Assembly (NCBI GenBank): GCA_964016885.1
Contig: OZ024740.1
Location: forward strand, 29,698,001-29,762,000
Length of the DNA stretch: 64,000 bases
Source of the DNA: Eledone cirrhosa
Lineage: Eukaryota
Direction: 5' to 3'
Position 1 is the first letter of the stretch, and each line of letters opens with the position of its first letter. Of this stretch, positions 43,001-53,600 are shown piece after piece. The translations under genes and the position numbers were made by a program. Under the pieces are notes generated by a model, which worked only from the letters and a program-made list of their open reading frames with translations, searched no databases and was not told the DNA's origin.

Positions 43001-44879
43001 CTCTTTCTCCCTCTATCATTTCATCACCCTGTCTTTCTCCCTCTATCATTTCATCACCCTCTCTTTCTCCCTCTATCATTTCATCTCCCTCTCTTTCTCC
43101 CTCTATCATTTCCACTCCCACTCTTTCTCCCTCTTTTACTTCCACTCCCTCTCTTTCTCCCTCTATCATTTCCACTCCCTCTCTTTCTCCCTCTATCAAT
43201 TCCACTCCCTCTCTTTCTCCCTCTATCATTTCCACCCCCTCTCTTTATCCCTCTATCATTTCCACTCCCTCTCTTTCTCCCTCTATCATTTCCACTCACT
43301 CTCTTTTTCCCTCTATCATTTCCACCCCATACTTTCTCCCTCTATCATTTCTACTCCCTCTCTTCTCCCTATATCATTTCCCCTCCCTCTCTTTCTCCCT
43401 CTATCATTTCTAACCCCTCTCTTTCTCCCTCTATCATTTCCACTCCCTCTGTTTCTCCCTCTATCTTTTCCCCTCCCTCTCTTTCTCCCTCTATCATTTC
43501 ATCACCCTCTCTTTCTCCCTATATCATTTCCAGTCCCTCTCTTCCTCCCTCTTTCATTTCCACACCCTCTCTTTTTCCCTCAATCATTTCATCTCGCTCT
43601 CTTTCTCCCTCTATCATTTCCACTCCCCCTCTTTCTCCCTCTATCATTTCATCTCACTCTCTTTCTTCCTCTATCATTTCCACTCCCTCTCCTTCTCCCT
43701 CAATCATTTCCTCTCGCTCTCTTTCTCCCTCTATCATTTCCACTCCCTCTCTTTCTCCCTCTATCATTTCCACTCCCTCTCTTTCTCCCTCTGTCTTTTC
43801 CACTCCCTCTCTTTCTCCCTCTATCAATTCCCCTCCCTCTCTTTCTCCCTCTATCATTTCCACTCCCTCTCTTACTCCCTCTATCAATTCCACTCCTTCT
43901 CTTTTTCCCTCTATTTTTTCCACTCCCTCTCTTTCTCCCTCTATCAATTCCCCTCCCTCTCTTTCTCCCTCGATAATTTCCACTCCCTCTCTTACTCCCT
44001 CTATCAATTCCACTCCCTCTCTTTCTCCCTCTATCATTTCCACCCCCTCTCTTTCTCCCTCTATCATTTCCACTCCCTCTCTTTCTCCCTCTATCATTTC
44101 CACTCACTCTCTTTTTCCCTCTATCATTTCCACCCCTTACTTTCTCCCTCTATCATTTCTACTCCCTCTCTTTCTCCCTATATCATTTCCCCTCCCTCTC
44201 TTTCTCCCTCTATCATTTCTAACCCCTCTCTTTCTCCCTCTATCATTTCCACTCCCTCTGTTTCTCCCTCTATCTTTTCCCCTCCCTCTCTTTCTCCCTC
44301 TATCATTTCATCACCCTCTCTTTCTCCCTATATCATTTCCAGTCCCTCTCTTCCTCCCTCTTTCATTTCCACACCCTCTCTTTTTCCCTCAATCATTTCA
44401 GCTCGCTCTCTTTCTCCCTCTATCATTTCCACTCTCCCTCTTTCTCCCTCTATCATTTCATCTCACTCTCTTTCTTCCTCTATCATTTCCACTCCCTCTC
44501 TTTCTCCCTCAATCATTTCCTCTCGCTCTCTTTCTCCCTCTATCATTTCCACTCCCTCTCTTTCTCCCTCTATCATTTCCACTCCCTCTCTTTCTCCCTC
44601 TGTCTTTTCCACTCCCTCTCTTTCTCCCTCTATCAATTCCCCTCCCTCTCTTTCTCCCTCTATCATTTCCACTCCCTCTCTTACTCCCTCTATCAATTCC
44701 ACTCCTTCTCTTATTCCCTCTATTTTTTCCACTCCCTCTCTTTCTCCCTCTATCAATTCCCCTCCCTCTCTTTCTCCCTCGATAATTTCCACTCCCTCTC
44801 TTACTCCCTCTATCAATTCCACTCCTTCTCTTTTTCCCTCTATCATTTCCACCCCTCTCTTTCTCCCTCTATCATGTCC
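1038..44879. repeat. 30-bp satellite array, left arm; consensus CCCTCTATCATTTCCACTCCCTCTCTTTCT
   Basis: The 30-nt period is visible as two units per 60-nt line and as 10-aa repeats ([10 protein letters not shown] / [10 protein letters not shown]) in the ORF track. About 1,450 copies by length. Confidence 0.98.
12838..13037. other. Assembly gap (200 N)
   Basis: Run of 200 n inside the satellite. True array length is therefore unknown. Confidence 1.
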
Positions 44880-44881
44880 CG

Positions 44882-47079
44882 GTTGGGAACGTGGACTTCG
44901 GTCCATACCTCGACGGCCTGCCGCGCCTCTCGGACAGGGAGGCGAATCCTGCGAGGAGCCGATTTCGGCCGCTGAGATAGAGGACGTGCTGAGCCAATGC
45001 GGCAAACGCAAATCCCCGGGTCTCGATGGTCTTCCTTACGAATTATATCTAGCTATGCCGGACTTGTTCCCCGATCTCCTCGAGGCGGTCTACTGCAACT
45101 GGCAACAGAACGGGAGAATTCACTGTGCTGTGACCAAGGGCGTCACGCTAGTGAGGAAGGACGAGAACAAGGGGGACGAAATAAGTAACTTCAGGCCCAT
45201 AACTCTGCTAAATACAGAGTTACAGATTTTGGCCAAGGTTGGCGCAAAGAGGTTGGCGCTTGTCGTGGGCAACCTAGTGGGAGATGTGCAGACATGCGCT
45301 ATCCCGTCCAGGTCCATCCATGACAACCTCCACCTCATGCGATACATCATAGAGAGGGTTGGGAACGAACCCGGCTTTGGTGGGGCTCTGATCAACTTGG
45401 ATCAATCTAAGGCGTTCGATAGGGTCGACCATGGTTACCTGGATGCGGTGCTAGCGGCGGCAGGCTTCGGACCCGTTTTCAGGGGCTGGATCACTGCTAT
45501 GCACAGCAGCCGCATCTGCTCTAGGGTCAAGGTGAACGGCTACCTCTCGGAGCCGTTCAAAATCGCGCGGTCCATCCGACAAGGGTGCCCTCTCTCCTCC
45601 CTTCTGTATGTGTTGACTCTCGAGCCACTACTGCGGAAGTTGGAGTTGTTGCAGGGCATCCCTTTGGAACCGGGATTGCGGAAAGCGGTGTCGGCCTACG
45701 CCGATGACGTGACAGTAATGGTGTCGACGGCCTCCGAAATCGAGGCGGTCGGCACCTTACTGGAGGAGTACGAAAAGTTCACAGGGGCTAAGCTGAACCG
45801 GGACAAGTCGATCGGTTTGCAACTCGGCACGTGGAGGGGCAGACCGATGCCCTCCGATGGCGTCGTCGGACGCTGGACGGAGGGCCCGGTGAAGTTGCTC
45901 GGGGTCTGGTTCGGACCGGACCTCCAGGTGGAGAAAAACTGGGCGGAGGTTACGAACAGGGTGTTTGCACTGACCCAGAAGTGGGCCAGTTGCAAACTAT
46001 CCCTGAAAGGTCGGGCGGAGGTGGCGAACACCTACATAGCGTCCGTCATCTACTACCGCCTGACCGTAGTGCCTTGCCCAAGGGAAACCTTCACCAAGAT
46101 GGAGCGCGCGCTCTTCCAATTCCTTTGGAAGAGGCGGGCTCCTGTGGTGAGGAGATCCATCTGCTGTCAACACCTTTCGAAAGGAGGGCTGGGGAAGCCG
46201 TGGCTAATGATGCGTAAACACGCATTAAGGCTACGGCACCTCTACGTATTCCTCACCGGACAACCGGTGTGGGCCTCGTTTGTGAGACGAACCTTTCCCA
46301 GACTCGTCTCACTCACCGAGCTGCAATCCTGGGTCAAGCAAAGACCGAGAAAACTGGGCGCCTGGCACACTGAGTGTTCCCAGGCGCTCACCGCCCTCTG
46401 GCAGGCGGATCCGGTTATCAGTGGAGACTCTATCGCAACATTCTATAGAGGGCTGGTACGCAGCAGGTGCGACGACGCCCTCGGAGAAGCCCTAGACATG
46501 GAGGAGGACGAACTGGCCAACCTGTTCGGTAGGACATTCAGTCCGGGAGCTATGGACAACTTCCAGAAGTCTCTGGCCTGGCAGTGCTACCGAGGGGCTT
46601 TACCCGTTCGAGAAAGGCTCTACAGACACGGGCGCCCGGGTAGGGACCCCGCCAAAAAGATCTGTCCCAGATGCGTGTGCGACGAGGAAACCGTTGCACA
46701 CGCATTGGTACACTGCTCGGGCGTAGCCGATCTGTGGGGCTATGTCGAACAACTGCTGTCAAGGTTGGGACCGATCCGGTTGACCACCGAGTCTATTGTA
46801 ATAATCAAGCCGCCTCCCTCCTTCAAAGATGAAGCAGAGGCGGTGTTTCTGTGCGTAATAGCCATGGCGAAAGAGGTTGTATGGTGGACGCGTCTGAAAG
46901 GACTGAGGTCAGGCACCTTTCTCTCTGGCCAACAACTGGTCCGTTTCTTCCGATATCATTTCGGAAGAAGGATTAGGATGGAGAGAGAGGTGCTGCACCC
47001 CAGCCGTTTCTATGAAAGATGGGTGAAAGTGGCGAGAATGGCCCGTGTGAATGGGCCTTCACTCTACATCAGACTATAG
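44882..47079 (+). pseudogene. Truncated LINE ORF2: reverse transcriptase plus C-terminal CCHC (zf-RVT-like) domain
   Basis: Motifs KSPGLDG, NFRPITLLN, LDQSKAFDRVDH, IRQGCPLS (45580), YADD (45697-45708), KLLGVWF and CPRC-x8-H-x4-C (46663-46716). Upstream of the annotated GTG, a shifted frame reads VGNVDFGPYLDGLPRLSDREA and joins ESCEEPISAAEI, implying a 1-nt frameshift near 44944. The frame is then open to TAG at 47079. Confidence 0.93.
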
Positions 47080-47332
47080 GTGAGGAAGATGAAAGACCAA
47101 GGGAGCACCCCTTCTCTGTGCTCCTGAGGAGAAGGGTTGCACACTTTTTTCGGGGGTGTGTGCGACCCCCCAAGGCGCCTCCTCTCTATTGAGGATTTTG
47201 TCATAATTCTATTTTTTGTTATATCTTATATTATTTTTATATTTTGTTATTGCCTCCTCCTTATTGAGGACGTAAACTCCCCCCATTGTACTTGTCCCAC
47301 TTTTGATGCCCTAGTGGTAAATAAAAGAAACA
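47080..47332 (+). other. LINE 3' UTR with stem-loops, T-rich tract and polyadenylation signal
   Basis: Follows the ORF2 stop. Inverted repeats at 47102-47124 and 47134-47168, AATAAA at 47320, short A-rich end AATAAAAGAAACA. Confidence 0.8.
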
Positions 47333-48586
47333 TATCATGTCCAACCCCTCTCTTTCACCCTCTATCATTTACAATCCCTCTCTTTCTCCCTCTATCATCT
47401 CATCTCCCTCTCTTTCTCCCTCTATCATTTCCAACCCCTCTCTTTCTCCCTTTATCAATTCCCCACCCTCTCTTTCTCCCTCTATCATTTCCAACCCCTC
47501 TCTTTCTCCCTCTATCAATTCCCCTCCCTCTCTTTCTCCCTCTATCAATTCCACTCCCTCTCTTTCTCCCTCTATCATTTCCACTCCCTCTCTTTTTCCC
47601 TCTATCATTTCCACTCCCTCTCTTACTCCCTCTATCAATTCCCCTCCCTCTCTTTCTCCCTCTATCAATTCCACTCCCTCTCTTTCTCCCTCTATCATTT
47701 CCACTCCCTCTCTTTTTCCCTCTATCATTTCCACTCCCTCTCTTACTCCCTCTATCAATTCCCCTCCCTCTCTTTCTCCCTCTATCAATTCTGCTCCCTC
47801 TCTTTCTCCCTCTATCAATTCCACTCCCTCTCTTTTTCCCTCTATCATTTCCACTCCCTCTCTTTCTCCCTCTATCAGTTCCCCTCCCTCTCTTTGTCCC
47901 TCTATCATTTCCACTCCCTCTCTTTCTCCCTCTATCAATTGTACTCCCTCTCTTTCTCCCTCTATCATTTCCACTCCCTCTCTTTCTCCCTCTCTCTTTT
48001 CCACTCCCTCTCTTTCTCCCTCTATAATTTCCACACCCTCTCTTTCTCCCTCTATAATTTCATCTTCCTCTCTTTCTCCCTCTATCATTTCCACTCCCTC
48101 TCTTTCTCCCTCTATCAATTCCACTCACTCTCTTTTTCCCTCTATCATTTCCACTCCCTCTCTTTCTCCCTCTATCAGTTCCCCTCCCTCTCTTTCTCAC
48201 TCTATAATTTCATCACCCTCTCTTTCTCTCTCTATCATTTCATCACCCTCTCTTTCTCCCTCTATCATTTCTATTCCCTCTCTTTCTCCCTCTATCATTT
48301 CTACTCCCTCTCTTTCTCCCTCTATCATTTCCACTCCCTCTCTTTCTCCCTCTCTCTTTTCCACTCCCTCTCTTTCTCCCTCTATCATTTCATCACCATC
48401 TCTTTCTCCCTCTATCATTTCCACTCCCTCTCTTTCTCCCTCTATCATTTCCACTCCCTCTCTTTCTCCCTCTATCATTTACACTCCCTCTCTTTCTCCC
48501 TCTATCATTTCCACTCCTTCTCTTTCTCCCTCTATCATTTCCACGCCCTCTCTTTCTCCCTCTATCATTTCCACCGCGTCTCTTTC
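47333..48586. repeat. 30-bp satellite array, right arm (~41 copies)
   Basis: The same monomer resumes in register right after the TSD and stays in exact 30-nt phase. Confidence 0.97.
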
Positions 48587-48699
48587 ATTATTTATTCCAC
48601 TCCTTCCCTCCTTCATTCCTACCTCCTTCCCCCTCCTTTCATTCAAATTTAATCCACCTCCCTCACCCTCCGTCCGCTTCTCTCTTCTCCATCTCATTA

Positions 48700-48775
48700 T
48701 AACGGAACCAATCAAAAAGCAGACGACGTTACCTGGCCACGAAAGGCTTCTGGGTAATATTGCTTAGCAACGCTC
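48700..48775. promoter_or_regulatory. Candidate regulatory cluster: CCAAT box plus two RFX X-box-like motifs
   Basis: AACCAATCA at 48706-48714, GTTACCTGGCCAC at 48728-48740, ATTGCTTAGCAAC at 48759-48771. Motif match only. Confidence 0.25.
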
Positions 48776-48840
48776 GGCATCTTCGTTTTCATTTCTCACT
48801 TATAATGGCTGCTTGGGGAATCTTATTTTCTTGTGTTTAG

Positions 48841-49193
48841 TGTTCTTTGTTGTCGGTGTTGTTGTTGTTGGTGGTGGTGGAGGTGTTGGTGGTGGTATTG
48901 GTTGTGGTTTGTAATGTTGTTGTTGTTGTTGTGGTAGTGTTGTTTGTTGTCGGTGTTGTTGTTGTTGTTGATGGTGGTGGTGGAGGTGTCGGTGGTGGTA
49001 TTGGTTGTGGTTGGTAATGTTGTTTTTGTTGTTGTGGTAGTGTTGTTTGTTGTCGGTGTTGTTGTTGTTGGTGGTGGTGGAGTTGTCGGTGGCGGTGGTG
49101 GTATTGGTTGTGGTTGGTAATGTTGTTGTGGTGGTCTCGGTTGTAGTTGACATTGTTATTGTTGTTGTTGTTGCGGTAGTGTTGTTTGTTGTT
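48841..49193. repeat. Compound (GTT)n/(GGT)n microsatellite with a ~100-bp unit repeated about 3 times
   Basis: GTTGTCGGTGTTGTTG...GGTGGTATTGGTTGTGG recurs near 48849, 48947 and 49049. Confidence 0.9.
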
Positions 49194-50679
49194 GGTAACT
49201 GTTGTTATTTAGCCCTAGGTCAGGTACCACCAGTCCTATATCACAAAGGTAACTGTTGTTATTTAACCCTAGGTCAGGTACCGCAAGTCCTATATCACAC
49301 AGGTAACTGTTGTTATTTAACCCTAGGTCAGGTACCACCAGTCCTATATCACACAGGTAACTGTTGTTATTTAGCCCTAGGTCAGGTACCACCAGTCCTA
49401 TATCACACAGGTAACTGTTGTTATTTAGCCCTAGGCAAGGTACCACCAGTCCTATATCACACAGGTAACTGTTGTTATTTAACCCTAGGTCAGGTACCAC
49501 CAGGCCTATATCACGCAGGTAACTGTTGTTATTTAGCCCTAGGTCAGGGGCCACCAGTCCTATATCACACAGGTAACTGTTGTTATTTAGCCCTAAGCCA
49601 GGGGCCACCAGTCCTATATCACACAGGTAACTGTTGTTATTTAACCCTAGGTCAGGTAACACCAGTCCTATATCACACAGGTAACTGTTGTTATTTAGCC
49701 CTAGGTCAGGGGCCACCAGTCCTTTATCACACAGGTAACTGTTGTTATTTAACCCTAGGTCAGGTACCACCAGTCCTATATAACACAGGTAACTGTTGTT
49801 ATTTAGCCCTAGGTCAGGTACCACTAGTCCTATATCACACAGATAACTGTTGTTAATTAGCACTAGGTCAGGTACCACCAGTCCTATATCACACAGGTAA
49901 ATATTGTTATTTAACCCTAGGTCAGGTACCACCAGTCCTATATCACACAGGTAACTGTTGTTATTTAACCCTAGCTCAGGTACCACCAGTCCTATATCAC
50001 ACAGATAACTGTTGTTAATTAGCACTAGGTCAGGTACCACCAGTCCTATATCACACAGGTAAATATTGTTATTTAACCCTAGGTCAGGTACCACCAGTCC
50101 TATATCACACAGGTAACTGTTGTTATTTAACCCTAGGTCAGGTACCACCAGTCCTATATCACACAGTTAACTGTTGTTAATTAACCCTAGGTCAGGTACC
50201 ACCAGTCCTATATCACACAGATAACTGTTGTTATTTAACCCTAGGTCAGGTACCACCAGTCCTATATCACACAGATAACTGTTGTTATTTAACCCTAGGT
50301 CAGGTACCACCAGTCCTATATCACACAGATAACTGTTGTTATTTAACCCTAGGTCAGGTACCACCAGTCCTATATAACACAGGTAACTGTTGTTATTTAA
50401 CCCTAGGTCAGGTAACACCAAGTCTATATCGCACAGGTAACTGTTGTTATTTAACCCTAGGTCAGGTACCACCAGTCCTATATCACACAGGTAACTGTTG
50501 TCATATAACCTTAGGTCAGGTACCACCAGTCCTATATCACACAGGTAACTGTTGTTATTTAATCCTAGGTCAGGTACCACAAGTCTTATATCACAAAGGT
50601 AACTGTTATTATTTAACCCTAGGTCAGGTACCACTAGTACTATAGCAGACAATTAACTGTTATTATTTAGCGCTAGGTC
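49194..50679. repeat. 54-bp minisatellite (~27 copies); consensus GGTAACTGTTGTTATTTAACCCTAGGTCAGGTACCACCAGTCCTATATCACACA
   Basis: Direct tandem units, seen as an 18-aa period in the ORF track (GNCCYLTLGQVPPVLYHT). Confidence 0.97.
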
Positions 50680-50691
50680 GCTTTGTTGTGT

Positions 50692-53600
50692 CACTGCATC
50701 CTTTAAATCCTCCATGGAACAAACTACCTGCATCTGTTGTTAGCTGTCGAGACACTGCATCCTTTAAAACATACATGGAACAAACTACCTGGATCAGTTG
50801 TTAACTGTCGAGACACTGCATCCTTTAAAACCTCCATGCAACAAACTACATGCATCAGTTGTTAGCTGTCGGGACACTGCATCCTTAAACACTTTCATGA
50901 AGCAAATTACCTGCCTCAGTTGTTAGTTGACGAGACACTGCATCCTTTAAATCTTCCATGGAACAAACTACCTGCATCAGTTGTTAGCTGTCGAGACACA
51001 GCATCATTTAAAACCCCATGGAACAAACTACATGCCGCAGTTGTTAGATTTCGGGACACTGCATGCTTTAAAACTTCCATGGAACAAACTACCTGCATCA
51101 GTTGTTAGCTGTCGAAACACTGCATCCTTTAAAACCTTCATGGAATAAACTACCTGCATCTGTTGTTATCTGTCGTGACAGTGCATCTTTTAACACTTTC
51201 ATGGAACAAATTACCTGCCTCTGTTTTAGCTGTCTGTACACTGCATGCTTTAAAACATCCTTAGAACAAATTACCTGCATCAGATGTTAGTTGTCGAGAC
51301 ACTGCATCCTTTAAAACCTCCATGGAACAAACTACCTCCATCAGTTGTTAGCTGTCGAGACACTGCATCCTTTAGAACCTCCATGAAACAAACTACCTGC
51401 ATCAGTTGTTAGCTGTCGAGACACTGCATCATTTAAAACCTCCATGGAACAAACTCCCTCCATCAGTTGTTACTGTCGAGACACTGCATCCTTTAAATCC
51501 CGATGGAACAAACTATCTCCCTCAGTTGTTAGTTGTCGGGGCACTGCATCCTTTAAAACTTCCATGGAACAAACTAGCTCCATCAATTGTTATCTGCCGA
51601 GACACTGCATCCTTTAAAACTTCCATGGAACAAACTATCTGCATCTGATGTTAGCTGTCGAGACACTACATCCTTTAAATCTTACATGGAACAAACTACC
51701 TCCATCAGTTGTTAGCTGTCGAGACACTGCATCCTTTAAAACCTCCATGGAACAAACTACCTGCATCAGTTGTTAGCTGTCGAGTCACTGCATCATTTAA
51801 AACCTCCATGGAACAAACTCCCTACATCAGTTGTTAGCTGTCGAGACACTGCATCCTTTAAATCCCGATGGAACAAACTACCTGCATCTGTTGTTATCTG
51901 TCGGTACACTGCATCCTTTAAAACTTCCATGGAAAAAACTACCGTCATCAGTTATTAGTGGTCGGGACACTGCATCCTTAAACACTTTCATGGAACAAAT
52001 TACCTGCATCAGTTGTTAGTTGTCGAGACAATGCATCCTTTAAATCTTCCATAGAACAAACTACCTGCATCAGATGTTAGCTGTCGAGACACTGCATCCT
52101 TTAAAACCTCCATGGAACAAACTACCTGCATCAGTTGTTATCTGTCGGGACACTGCATCCTTTAACACTTTCATGGAACAAATTTCCTTCCTCTGTTTTT
52201 GCTGTCGAGACGCCGCATGCTTTAAAACATCCTTGGAACAAATTACCTGCATCAGTTGTTAGTTGTCGAGACACTGCATCCTTTAAATCTTCCATGGAAA
52301 AAACTACCTCCATCAGTTGTTAGCTGTGGAGACAGTCCATCCTTTAAAACCTCCATGGAGCAAACTCCCTCCATCAGTTGTTAGCTGTCGAGACACTGCA
52401 TGCTTTAAAACTTCCATGGAACAAACTACCTGCATCAGTTGTTATCTGTCGGTACACTGCATCCTTTAGAACCTTCAGGGAAAAAACTACCTCCATCAGT
52501 TGTTAGCGGTCGGGACACTGCATCCTTTAACACTTTCATGGAACAAATTACCTGCCTCTGTTGTTAGTTGTCGAGACACTGCATCCTTTAAAACCTCCAT
52601 GGAACAAACTACCTGCATCAGTTGTTATCTGTAGGGATACTGCATCCTTAAACACTTTCATGGAACAAATTACCTGCCTCGGTTGTTAGTTGTCGAGGCA
52701 CTGCATCCTTTAAATCTTCCGTGGAACAAACTACCTGTCTCAGATGTTAGTTGTCGAGACACTGCATAATTTAAAACCCCATGGAACAAACTATCTCCCT
52801 CAGTTGTTAGTTGTCGGGGCACTGCATCCTTTAAAACCTCCATGGAACAAACTAGCTCCATCAATTGTTATCTGTCGGTACACTGCATCCTTAAAACTTC
52901 CATGGAACAAACTACCTGCATCAGATGTTAGCTGTCGAGACACTGCATCCTTTAAATCTTCCATGGAACAAACTACCTCCATCAGTTGTTAGCTGTAGAG
53001 ACACTGCATCCTTTAAAACCTCCATGGAACAAACTACCTGCATCAGTTGTTAGCTGTCGAGTCACTGCATCATTTAAAACCTCCATGGAACAAACTCCCT
53101 CTATCAGTTGTTAGCTGTCGAGACACTGCATCCTTTAAATCCCGATGGAACAAACTATCTGCATCTGTTGTTATCTGTCGGTACACTGCATCCTTTAAAA
53201 CCTCCATGGAAAAAACTACCTGCATCAGTTGTTAGCGGTCGGGACACTGCATCCTTAAACACTTTCATGGAACAAATTACCTGCATCAGTTGTTAGTTGT
53301 CGAGACAATGCGTCCTTTAAAGCTTCCATGGAACAAACTACCTGCATCAGATGTTAGCTGTCGAAACACTGCATCCCTTAAAACCCCATGGAACAAACTA
53401 CATGCCTCAGTTGTTAGCTGTCGGGACACTGAATGCTTTAAAACTTCCAAGGAACAAACTACATGCATCAGTTGTTAGCTGTCGAGACACTGCATCCTTT
53501 AAAACCTCCAGGGAACAAACTACCTGCATCAGTTGTTATCTGTCGGGACACTGCATCCTTTAAGACTTTCATGGAACAAATTACCTGCCTCAGTTGTTAG

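Larger units (their letters stand above)
44880..47332 (+). mobile_element. 5'-truncated non-LTR retrotransposon, L1 superfamily, probably Tx1-like
   Basis: RT-encoding ORF, 3' UTR with AATAAA at 47320-47325, flanked by 10-bp direct repeats TATCATGTCC (44870-44879 and 47333-47342). ORF1 and the endonuclease domain are absent. Confidence 0.93.

Noticed and set aside
2791-43413. Very long ORFs (up to 3039 aa) with mucin-like [18 protein letters not shown] or [10 protein letters not shown] repeats
   Set aside because: The 30-bp unit lacks stops in most frames. All frames are open together, and frequent 1-2 nt indels swap frames, so there is no sign of coding constraint.
47118-47140. Hammerhead core CTGAGGA in the LINE 3' UTR
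   Set aside because: There is no UH triplet before the upstream stem and no GAAA after the next stem.
49156-50652. LRR-like peptide repeat VVPDLGLNNNSYLCDIGL and the Cys-rich repeat on the opposite strand
   Set aside because: By-product of a 54-bp unit open on both strands. 18 aa is too short for an LRR, there are no real starts or flanking domains, and a stop splits the frame.
49194-50679. Telomere-like TTAACCCTA in the 54-bp unit
   Set aside because: There is only one hexamer per unit, often TTAGCCCTA, and never tandem. This is not a telomeric array.
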